Shown: positions 17,138 through 24,234 of the stretch, piece by piece | Numbering within the stretch: the first letter of the stretch is position 1 | How the letters are laid out: the number at the start of each line of letters is the position of its first letter | DNA from: Candidatus Saccharimonadia bacterium | Lineage (GTDB): Bacteria > Patescibacteriota > Saccharimonadia > CAILAD01 > JADZBC01 | Assembly (NCBI GenBank): GCA_041907025.1 | Contig: JAYRIB010000062.1 | Span: 1-62,357, forward strand | DNA: 62,357 nt | Direction: 5' to 3' | Position numbers and translations under genes: made by a program | Notes under the pieces: model-generated | What the model saw: only the letters and a program-made list of their open reading frames with translations | The model's database searches: none | Told to the model about the DNA's origin: nothing

Positions 17138-17325
17138 CCACATGTCCCTACGACCATGAACGGCGCAGGGGTGGGTCTAAGCAGGCCCACCCCACAGCCA
17201 CACTCCAAGGATCTTCGAAAGAGGGTCCTCTTTCGTTAGAAGAGAAAGTTCGTAAATCGCTCTGTAAGCTATACCAAGTATTCTTTATGCATAGAGCCCA
17301 ACGAACTCTCTGGTATACTGCATTC

Positions 17326-17796
17326 ATGAAGTTACTCGTAATTGGTCCGCAGCTTTCGGGCAAGACCACCCTGGTCAGGCACCTGCGCAAGCATACCAAT
17401 ATGAACGTTTCGGAAATTGACGAGGAAATCCTGGCTGCTAACGACGGATCCTGGCCGAGCGATAATACACATAAGGACAAAGTGCTCATACCTGCCATTT
17501 ACGAGCGTATAGCGAAGCTAGATGACATTGTGTTCTTCGCCAACTACTTTGCTCCGCTTTCCCAAGTGCAGATGTTCAGAGATGCTGGCTTTACTGTTGT
17601 ACTGCTTGAGCCTCCTTACGAGGAGATGCTGCGTAGAAATAAACAGCGTATGGAGCAGGAGGGGTATGAAGACGCCACCCAATGGCTGATGGGACAACTA
17701 GAGAATCATAAAGACATTCTTGAAGCAGGATTAGTCGATAAAACATTGGACGCTACCCTTCCTACTGCCAAGATTGCTCAGTTATTGGAAGACTGA
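17326..17796 (+). CDS. P-loop NTPase / small kinase-like protein
   Basis: Walker A GPQLSGKTT. The start at 17326 lies 6 nt after TGGTATACT (extended -10), giving a leaderless arrangement. Native-like composition. Confidence 0.7.
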   Translation: MKLLVIGPQLSGKTTLVRHLRKHTNMNVSEIDEEILAANDGSWPSDNTHKDKVLIPAIYERIAKLDDIVFFANYFAPLSQVQMFRDAGFTVVLLEPPYEEMLRRNKQRMEQEGYEDATQWLMGQLENHKDILEAGLVDKTLDATLPTAKIAQLLED

Positions 17797-17936
17797 AGCA
17801 CGCTATCGAAAATTATGGCGTCACAAAGATAGTTCTGGCTTCGTCGAACAGACCAAGCATAAGCACTTCCTGCAGACTCCGTGTGGAGTTATTTTGCAAA
17901 CTTCCCGCTTTAATTGCCCGAGAACGTGTAGAGATA

Positions 17937-17965
17937 TTGACTTGCTCTATATATTATAGTACAAT
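17937..17965 (+). promoter_or_regulatory. Sigma70-like promoter of the dikinase operon
   Basis: TTGACT-17 nt-TACAAT in an AT-rich spacer. It predicts a leader of about 150 nt. Confidence 0.55.
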
Positions 17966-18055
17966 ATGCGCCTATTAACTTTGTATTAATTGCAGGAGTA
18001 CAAACACTCCTTTGACAACTGCATAGTTCAAAAAGTGTGCTGGCATAAGGTATGC

Positions 18056-18099
18056 GAATCAGCGAATAGTCTTTCGGCCGGAAGATTGTTCGCTGATTC
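18056..18099 (+). promoter_or_regulatory. 44-nt perfect palindrome (about 20-bp hairpin or operator) abutting the RBS
   Basis: GAATCAGCGAATAGTCTTTCGG|CCGGAAGATTGTTCGCTGATTC. Every position pairs (three are G-T). It ends 12 nt before AGGAGG and 20 nt before the ATG at 18120. Confidence 0.6.
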
Positions 18100-18119
18100 G
18101 ACTACCCCTAGGAGGAACC

Positions 18120-20306
18120 ATGTCAGCACCGCGCCAAGTGGTATTCCTCTTCAACGAGGGAGGCCAGGCAACCAAAACTCCCGCGTTTCGCGGCGGCAAG
18201 GGTGCAGGTTTGGCGGACATGGCGGCCCTCGGGCTTCCGGTTCCTCCAGGCTTCACCATCGCTACTTCGGTGGCACGTGCATTCGCCGAGACAGATCAAC
18301 TGCCTCGGCGGCTCGAAGGTCAAATCCGACGAGCCATGCGCAGCATCGAAAGCGAGAGTGGCTTCACGTTCGGTGACCCCAGTAACCCACTGTTGGTATC
18401 GGTGCGCTCCGGCGCTCCGGTTTCCATGCCCGGGATGATGGACACCGTGCTGAACGTTGGCCTACAAGAAAGCATGCTTGAGTCGCTCGAGCGCGTCAGC
18501 GGACGAGAGTTCGCTCAGGACACATACGAGCGCTTCTTGCGTCAATTTGGATCCGCAGTCCTCGATCTCCCGACCGAAGACGATCAGCTTCTCATCAAGG
18601 AGTCGGCGAGCCTCGTGCCCGATGACCCCTACGAACAGTTGATTATGGCAATCCGAGCCGTTCTGCTCTCCTGGAACAGCGATCGCGCGTGCGCGTACCG
18701 CGACAACCAGGAGATCCCTCACTGGTGGGGGACAGCAGTTACCGTTCAGGCCATGGCCTTTGGTAACCGAGATGATCGGTCGGCAACCGGCGTGGTGTTT
18801 AGCCACGACGTCAACTCAGGCGCCGAGGGTCTCACTGGAGAATTCCTCGTTCGCGCCCAGGGTGAAGACATCGTGAGTGGGACAACCTCGCCACAGTCGA
18901 TTGCGTGCATGCAAGCCTGGCATCCGCAGCTCTTCCAAGAGCTTCAAGACCAGGTTCGTCTGCTCTCAGACCATCTCGACAGCATGGTCGATGTTGAGTT
19001 CACCGTTGATAGCGGCAAGCTCTTCATCCTCCAGGTACGACGTGCTACACGCACTCCACTCGCTGCGGCGACCTTCGCGGTTCGTCGTGTGTGGAGTAGG
19101 CGATGGACTCACGGCGAAGCTGTTGCAAGCCTGAGCAAGGCAGAGCTTTCCCAGCTCGATTCAAGCCAGGCCAAGCTGTCAGGAGACTCTTTGCGACTTG
19201 CCGCCTGCGGTGTTGCTGCTTCAAGCGGCTGCGCGGTAGGCGAAGTCGTCTATAGCTCCCAGCGGGCAGTAGAACTTGCCAAGACTGGTCGGCAGGTAGT
19301 TCTGGTTCGTCCAGATACATCACCCGACGACCTACCCGGCATGCTGGCTGCAGTTGCGGTCGTTACGGCTCGTGGCGGCATGAGCTGCCACGCAGCTGTA
19401 GTCTGCCGCGGTCTCAACCGACCGGCAGTCGTTGGCGCCAGCGGCCACCTTACCACTCTGGGCACAAAGCCCTCGGAAGGTGTGGTCGTTTCCGTCGACG
19501 GCGCTACGGGCAAAGTCTACTTCGGCGAGCAGCCGATCCTCGGAGGTATCAACTCCAAAGAGGCACGACTGATCAAAGAGTGGGTCAAGCAGCCGATGCC
19601 TCGCAAAATCGAGTTCAACACGCTCGATCAGCGAGTTTCGGCGAACGCCTATCTGGCCGCTTTCTACATGACCGAGGCCATGGCTTACCAGTCCCGCGGC
19701 AGCGAACTGGAGGCACAAGCACGGGAGCTTCATGAGTCGGTCGTAGCCACGATCGCCCCATACTTCGCCACTTACCTGGCCCTGGCCACTGGTGGCGAAG
19801 TCCGTCACTACAAAGGCAGCTTCCTCCATAAAGCTCCAAATGAGCTAGTAGTGGACTTCCATGCTACTGCAATGCTCAGCGCGAACAGCCGTGAGCGGGC
19901 GCAACTGGAGACAGCGGTCATCCTCGACGGCATTAGTGTTAAGCGACAAGCTCGGTTCACCGAACTCGTAGCGCGCACTTTTGCGATAGAGGACGAGTGG
20001 TCGAGCGCTTATGGCGGCCCGAGGTGGGCCAAGATCGCCGAGACACTGCACGACTACATTGGAGGAACTACACCGGCAGCCGTGTTCGTCGATGCGGTTT
20101 TCGACCTGCGCCACAATGGCGGGGTGCTCTTCAACAAGCACCCAATGTTCACCGAGAAGACTAATGAGCACGAGCTGCATCACATGCTCGAGCTCAAGAA
20201 GACCCGCACCATCCAGGAGTTGTGGCTAGAATTTGGCTGCGTTGACGTGGCTGACTTCTGGTGGAGCGGGTTGTACATCAAGGGCCACAAGGCAAAACTA
20301 TGGTGA
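18120..20306 (+). CDS. PPDK/PEP-synthase-family dikinase (ATP-grasp plus swivel phospho-His domain) with an unrecognised C-terminal domain
   Basis: 728 aa. The N-terminus GGKGAGLADMAALGLPVPPGFTI matches the PPDK nucleotide-binding domain. The mobile-domain motif TARGGMSCHAAVVCRGL carries the catalytic His. The last ~230 aa (contains GGEVRHY, YGGPRWAKIAE and DLRHNGGVLFNKHP) do not resemble the PEP/pyruvate TIM barrel. Strong RBS AGGAGG. Confidence 0.8.
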   Translation: MSAPRQVVFLFNEGGQATKTPAFRGGKGAGLADMAALGLPVPPGFTIATSVARAFAETDQLPRRLEGQIRRAMRSIESESGFTFGDPSNPLLVSVRSGAPVSMPGMMDTVLNVGLQESMLESLERVSGREFAQDTYERFLRQFGSAVLDLPTEDDQLLIKESASLVPDDPYEQLIMAIRAVLLSWNSDRACAYRDNQEIPHWWGTAVTVQAMAFGNRDDRSATGVVFSHDVNSGAEGLTGEFLVRAQGEDIVSGTTSPQSIACMQAWHPQLFQELQDQVRLLSDHLDSMVDVEFTVDSGKLFILQVRRATRTPLAAATFAVRRVWSRRWTHGEAVASLSKAELSQLDSSQAKLSGDSLRLAACGVAASSGCAVGEVVYSSQRAVELAKTGRQVVLVRPDTSPDDLPGMLAAVAVVTARGGMSCHAAVVCRGLNRPAVVGASGHLTTLGTKPSEGVVVSVDGATGKVYFGEQPILGGINSKEARLIKEWVKQPMPRKIEFNTLDQRVSANAYLAAFYMTEAMAYQSRGSELEAQARELHESVVATIAPYFATYLALATGGEVRHYKGSFLHKAPNELVVDFHATAMLSANSRERAQLETAVILDGISVKRQARFTELVARTFAIEDEWSSAYGGPRWAKIAETLHDYIGGTTPAAVFVDAVFDLRHNGGVLFNKHPMFTEKTNEHELHHMLELKKTRTIQELWLEFGCVDVADFWWSGLYIKGHKAKLW

Positions 20307-20314
20307 AAGGAGCC

Positions 20315-20788
20315 ATGATGCCAAGAAGCCATCAGCCCCACGTTGGCGCAAGCGTCAGTGTGGGGGGATACAGTGTGTATGTCGGGGGCAGTCAGGACCT
20401 GGCAGGCGCACCGGACATCTTCCGCGAGATGGACATCATCATCCCTCTCAACGGCATAGTGTCAACCATCTTCGAGGGCACAGTGCTCCCCATCGTCCTT
20501 CAGGACTTCGGTGGAGTACCCCGCGACTGGGAGCAGATCCTGCGCGAGCAGGTCATCCCGGCTCTCGAAGCGGACAAAAGGGTTCTCGCCTACTGTACGG
20601 CCGGCCACGGTCGCACAGGTACGTTGCTGGCATCGCTCGTTGCGCTGCTGGAACCAGACATCGAGGACCCGATTGCCACGGTACGCGCGCGTCACTGCGA
20701 GCACGCTGTGGAAACCCGAGCACAGGCGGAGGCCATCTTCGCCCTGCTCGACCAACCCATCCCAGAGCCGTACACGAGGCTCTACTAG
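20315..20788 (+). CDS. Cys-based (CX5R) protein-tyrosine / dual-specificity-type phosphatase
   Basis: 157 aa. The P-loop CTAGHGRTG fits C-x5-R-[ST]. AAAGGAG RBS. The start lies 9 nt after the dikinase stop. Confidence 0.75.
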   Translation: MMPRSHQPHVGASVSVGGYSVYVGGSQDLAGAPDIFREMDIIIPLNGIVSTIFEGTVLPIVLQDFGGVPRDWEQILREQVIPALEADKRVLAYCTAGHGRTGTLLASLVALLEPDIEDPIATVRARHCEHAVETRAQAEAIFALLDQPIPEPYTRLY

Positions 20789-20804
20789 GCCGAAAGGGGC
20801 CACC

Positions 20805-21167
20805 ATGAGGCAGCAAGACAAGCAGAAGTGGTACATGGGGGGAACGGAGGGCACCGGGGAGTACCTGGTGATCGCCCGAGCTCCCTACCGCGGCAGGATC
20901 GGCGTACGCCTCCTGCCGGGCGGGATCGTGCGCATCCGCGTCGAGCCCGTCAACACTGCCGCAGCGCAGCGGCTGGCTGAGCACTTCCCCGTCGGGGAGT
21001 GGAAGCAGCCCGACCTCGGTCAGCTGCGGTTCTCGCGGGTGCTCAGCGCCAGCGAGGCCATCCCGGTGATCGAGGCGGCCATCACGGCGCTCAACACCAG
21101 GGGCCTGGAGCCCAACTCCAAGGCCCGTACCTGGCGCCGCAAGCTCCGCTCGCACGCGGGCGGCTGA
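20805..21167 (+). CDS. Hypothetical 120-aa protein, third gene of the dikinase operon
   Basis: ATG 5 nt after GAAAGGGG and 17 nt after the phosphatase stop. GC3-rich. No motif recognised. Confidence 0.55.
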   Translation: MRQQDKQKWYMGGTEGTGEYLVIARAPYRGRIGVRLLPGGIVRIRVEPVNTAAAQRLAEHFPVGEWKQPDLGQLRFSRVLSASEAIPVIEAAITALNTRGLEPNSKARTWRRKLRSHAGG

Positions 21168-21222
21168 GACCAGAACGCATCCGGGTGCGCATAGATAGTG
21201 GCTGGGCCCGGAATCCCAGTCA

Positions 21223-21251
21223 TTGACATTCAGCACGTTAAGTGCTAAAGT
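21223..21251 (+). promoter_or_regulatory. Sigma70-like promoter of an ORF-free GC-rich unit
   Basis: TTGACA-17 nt-TAAAGT. A second possible promoter, TTGGCG-18-TAATAC, lies at 21407-21436. Confidence 0.45.
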
Positions 21252-21257
21252 GATGCT

Positions 21258-21832
21258 CTCAGCCAATCAAAGGAGATGCTGTGAGTTAAAGAGAAGCCAA
21301 AAAGAAGCTGTAGTAGAGGTTTTGGTTGTGTGGCTCATCGAGCCCCGGGACCCCTTTGCCGGTACGCAGGGACAGTCTACACTTGAAAAGCTAAAGTAAA
21401 ACCATGTTGGCGTGAGGTTTGTTTTTAAGATAATACTCATGCTAACAGTGGCTGCCATGCGCCGAAGGGTTGATTGTAACTTCGGTTACATTTGCCCAAG
21501 CGTGGTCTGGAGTCAGTTCCCTGTCCGGATTGACTTCAGTATGTAGGCCTTGTGGCGCCCAGCAGGGTGTCTCGGCAGAATGCGGCCTGGCAACCGCAGC
21601 GTAGACAGAACGCAGGCAAGCTACCTTGGAGTGGGTAGTGTAAAGTGCCATCACGGAGCAGGGCAGCAGCCCTAGGCGACGGCGAGGTTTCGGGTTACTG
21701 TATTAGTGTACCGAGACCAGCTATCGCGACAATCGGTCCGGAGCTCCTACCTAATCTAAAAAAATCTTTTGCACTCGTGCAGGAGTGGCCCCTCCCGGAC
21801 GCTTTGGCGTTTAGGAGGGGCTCTTTCTTTTC
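21258..21832 (+). ncRNA. Candidate structured non-coding transcript(s) of about 0.4-0.58 kb, class unknown
   Basis: Bounded by a promoter and a terminator. No ORF has a start context. Many local hairpins (e.g. GTAAC-TTCG-GTTAC). GC-rich relative to its flanks. Confidence 0.35.
21788..21832 (+). terminator. Intrinsic terminator
   Basis: GCCCCTCC-18 nt-GGAGGGGC followed by TCTTTCTTTTC. Confidence 0.65.
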
Positions 21833-21842
21833 CCCGAAAGAT

Positions 21843-21905
21843 GGTTGTCAGACCCTAAAACTGGTACTACCCAAGATCATAACTTAGCGTTGTGAGTTTA
21901 GGTGG
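21843..21905 (+). repeat. Two-hairpin repeat, copy 3 (diverged)
   Basis: GGTTGTCAGACCCTAAAACTGGTACTACCCAAGATCATAAC-TTAGC-GTTGTGAGTTTAGGTGG. There are 5 substitutions in the first 40 nt; the two that fall in hairpin 1 both convert Watson-Crick pairs to G-U pairs. Confidence 0.8.
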
Positions 21906-21920
21906 TAAGCAGGGTAAGGG

Positions 21921-22676
21921 TTATGTCGGCGCAGATGCCGCCCAAATTACGTCATACATCGCACCCATCATCTCGTGATGCTCAGCTGAAGTAACGAGAA
22001 GGGCATACCCACTTGGGAGAGACGATATATACAGTACATTTGAATCATACATAAACACGGTCGTCCTAAATTTGCCTCCAAAATCCGCTGGCATCATGCG
22101 TATTTCAGAACGCTGGTAGTAATTCTGGATAATACCGGGGTCGATCTTTTCTGCCCACAAATTGCGCGTACGAACCCCCAAACGATTGCGCGTAGAGACA
22201 TAATGCGTGACAAATTCTTCGCCAAACTGCCAAAAGAAGTTTTGCTTGGGAACGATGGAATCAATACGGCGCCCATGACAATATACTGCCTCCATAATAA
22301 CACTGCGAACAGCAGCAATTCCTTCGTAAAAAGAAACTTGGGGTTTATGATCCCCATCAGGCTGCTTGGCTACGATTGAGTTAAGGGCATCGACCTCCTC
22401 CCGCAATGCGTCAAGCTCTGACTGCCTTTCGGCTACGATGGTCTGCAAGCGCGACACAGGCTCCACTCTCCACATGGACGGCTCGGCAAGTCCTGTTTTG
22501 CTGAGCAGTCCGCGGCGTTCCAGTGCGGAAATAGCGTAGTAAACCGTAGGTCGACTTCGACCCGTTGTCTTAATGACGTCGCTCGCAGTCCTTGCGCCTG
22601 CAAACATTGCCAGATAGACGTCAACTTCGGATTCTTGAAGCCCCAGTTTAAGGAGCGTGTTGCGTGGTTGTTCCAT
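21921..22676 (-). CDS. TrmB-family transcriptional regulator
   Basis: 251 aa. The N-terminal wHTH LGLQESEVDVYLAMFAGARTASDVIKTTGRSRPTVYYAISALERRGLL is typical of the TrmB family. Native-like composition. Confidence 0.75.
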   Translation of the reverse strand: MEQPRNTLLKLGLQESEVDVYLAMFAGARTASDVIKTTGRSRPTVYYAISALERRGLLSKTGLAEPSMWRVEPVSRLQTIVAERQSELDALREEVDALNSIVAKQPDGDHKPQVSFYEGIAAVRSVIMEAVYCHGRRIDSIVPKQNFFWQFGEEFVTHYVSTRNRLGVRTRNLWAEKIDPGIIQNYYQRSEIRMMPADFGGKFRTTVFMYDSNVLYISSLPSGYALLVTSAEHHEMMGAMYDVIWAASAPT

Positions 22677-22761
22677 ATCGTCTAACCATTATTATACACT
22701 ATTAACTTTAGCCCCACGCGGGACTACGATGAGGCTGTTCCTCGACAGAAAGGCAAGCACA

Positions 22762-23376
22762 ATGACCACACCAAACCTTATGCAGCGCTGGGTTGACCAG
22801 TTTCCAGAAGTAAGTCTGGATCACTGTCTATACGTGTTCCGGCTCGTAGAGAAACACTACAACGAGACACACAGGCACTACCACACGCAGGGCCACATTG
22901 TAGACATGTTGGAGAAGATGGATGTGCACTTCCCAGGAGCGCCGCGATCGGTAGTACTGGCCATCTTCCTGCACGACGTGATCTACCAGCCTGGCTCGCC
23001 AAACAACGAGCTCAACAGCGCCCGGTTCGCCAAGCGGCATCTGAGCCGGCTTGGGCTGAGCCGCGAGGAGGTGAGGGCAGTTGCTCGCGCGATAATGGCC
23101 ACACGCAAGCACGTCGCCCGCAATCGTGTGGAAGCAATCGTGTGCGACCTGGACCTGCTGTCGCTGGCATGTGAACCAGCGTGGTATCGCAGGAATACCC
23201 GTTTGCTCAGGCAGGAGTTCTGCGGATTCACAGATGCTCAGTGGAACTTCGGCAGAAGCAGGTTCATCAACTCCTATTTGGGGCGTAAGTACATTTACGC
23301 AAACCCCAAGCTACGGCGAGCACATGAGGCCAATGCGAGGAGGAACTTGCAGGCAGAGCCGAGCTATAGGGCATAA
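22762..23376 (+). CDS. HD-domain metal-dependent phosphohydrolase (COG4339-like)
   Basis: HYHTQGH ... FLHDVIY forms the H..HD metal-binding signature. Start at 22762 (GAAAGG RBS) or 22729. GC-rich. Divergent from the TrmB gene. Confidence 0.7.
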   Translation: MTTPNLMQRWVDQFPEVSLDHCLYVFRLVEKHYNETHRHYHTQGHIVDMLEKMDVHFPGAPRSVVLAIFLHDVIYQPGSPNNELNSARFAKRHLSRLGLSREEVRAVARAIMATRKHVARNRVEAIVCDLDLLSLACEPAWYRRNTRLLRQEFCGFTDAQWNFGRSRFINSYLGRKYIYANPKLRRAHEANARRNLQAEPSYRA

Positions 23377-23541
23377 AGGTAGGGGAGGAAACTTAACAGG
23401 GGAATACCGTCCGGTGAGGCTTCGGCTTCGCCGGGCTTCGCTTAGCGCAAATAGTATTGACCGCTTAGGCACATTATGTTATTATCTAGTTCTTGTTTGG
23501 GGAAACTGTAGTACCCGACCAGAACCCATAAGGGGATGTAA

Positions 23542-24117
23542 GTGAAGATGTTCATCGAGTTCATGCTCACGGTCACGAGCAAGGTCACGCACAAGAACGC
23601 GATCGTCGCGACCGTGAAGATCACCGACGCCGAGGGCGAGCCCATCGTGGCCGCCGAGACCATGCGGCGCCGCGCCGACACGATCAAGGACAAGCTCAAC
23701 GCCGCCCTCGAGAAGCTGACTGGGATCATCGACCCCGACACCAACTTCTCGTTGGGCTGCGACAAGGCCACGGGCGGCAATGGCCACCTGCAGATCCCGG
23801 AGCTGAGCATCCCGCTGCCCGACGGTAACATCATGTTGCTCCGCCTCGACATCGACACCATGGGCTACACGCCGGCGGACCAGGACATCAACGAGCTCGT
23901 GCTCGAGACCCTCGAGGAGGTGCTTGAGGAGATCGGCGACGCCTGGCTCGAAGATGACGTGCCGCTCGACGAGATGATGGCGTGGCACACCAAGGCGACC
24001 GTGTCGATCCACGAGCAGCTGGGCCTTCCGGCTCTCGCGCTCGTCAGCGCCGCCGCCGGTGGTGCCGACAACTCCGAGAGCCAGATCCAGCACGGCCGCG
24101 ACGCGGCCATCGGCTGA
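23542..24117 (+). CDS. Hypothetical 191-aa acidic protein, extremely GC3-rich
   Basis: The first 20 codons all end in G or C. Upstream promoter TTGACC-17-TATTAT. GTG start at 23542 or ATG at 23548. Followed by the hairpin GGCCGGGGGAG...CTCCCCCGGCC. No family recognised. Confidence 0.6.
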   Translation: MKMFIEFMLTVTSKVTHKNAIVATVKITDAEGEPIVAAETMRRRADTIKDKLNAALEKLTGIIDPDTNFSLGCDKATGGNGHLQIPELSIPLPDGNIMLLRLDIDTMGYTPADQDINELVLETLEEVLEEIGDAWLEDDVPLDEMMAWHTKATVSIHEQLGLPALALVSAAAGGADNSESQIQHGRDAAIG

Positions 24118-24234
24118 CCCTCTCGCCATCCATGGCAAACGGGCCGGGGGAGCGCATCTCCCCCGGCCACGAGCCACCAACCCACAAGGGCTTTTCCTCA
24201 GGAAGAGTCCTTCTTTCGTTCTAGTAATGACTAC

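Noticed and set aside
21258-21832. RNase P RNA (rnpB) or tmRNA.
   Set aside because: Only short S-domain-like strings match. The universally conserved P4 strands (GAGGAAAGUCC and ACAGAAnnCGGCUUA) are absent or out of order. There is no tRNA-like acceptor/T-arm or CCA end and no credible tag ORF.
15610-21905. The three-copy repeat as a CRISPR array.
   Set aside because: The spacings are about 0.7 kb and 5.4 kb and contain whole genes. There is no regular repeat-spacer periodicity, and no cas genes are present in the window.
15610-21905. The three-copy repeat as integron attC sites.
   Set aside because: No intI integrase or attI site is present. The RYYYAAC/GTTRRRY-like strings sit at the loop-proximal end of the stem, not the outer end. 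The element has two separate hairpins, and the flanked genes carry their own promoters. The idea that it marks cassette boundaries is kept only as a hypothesis.
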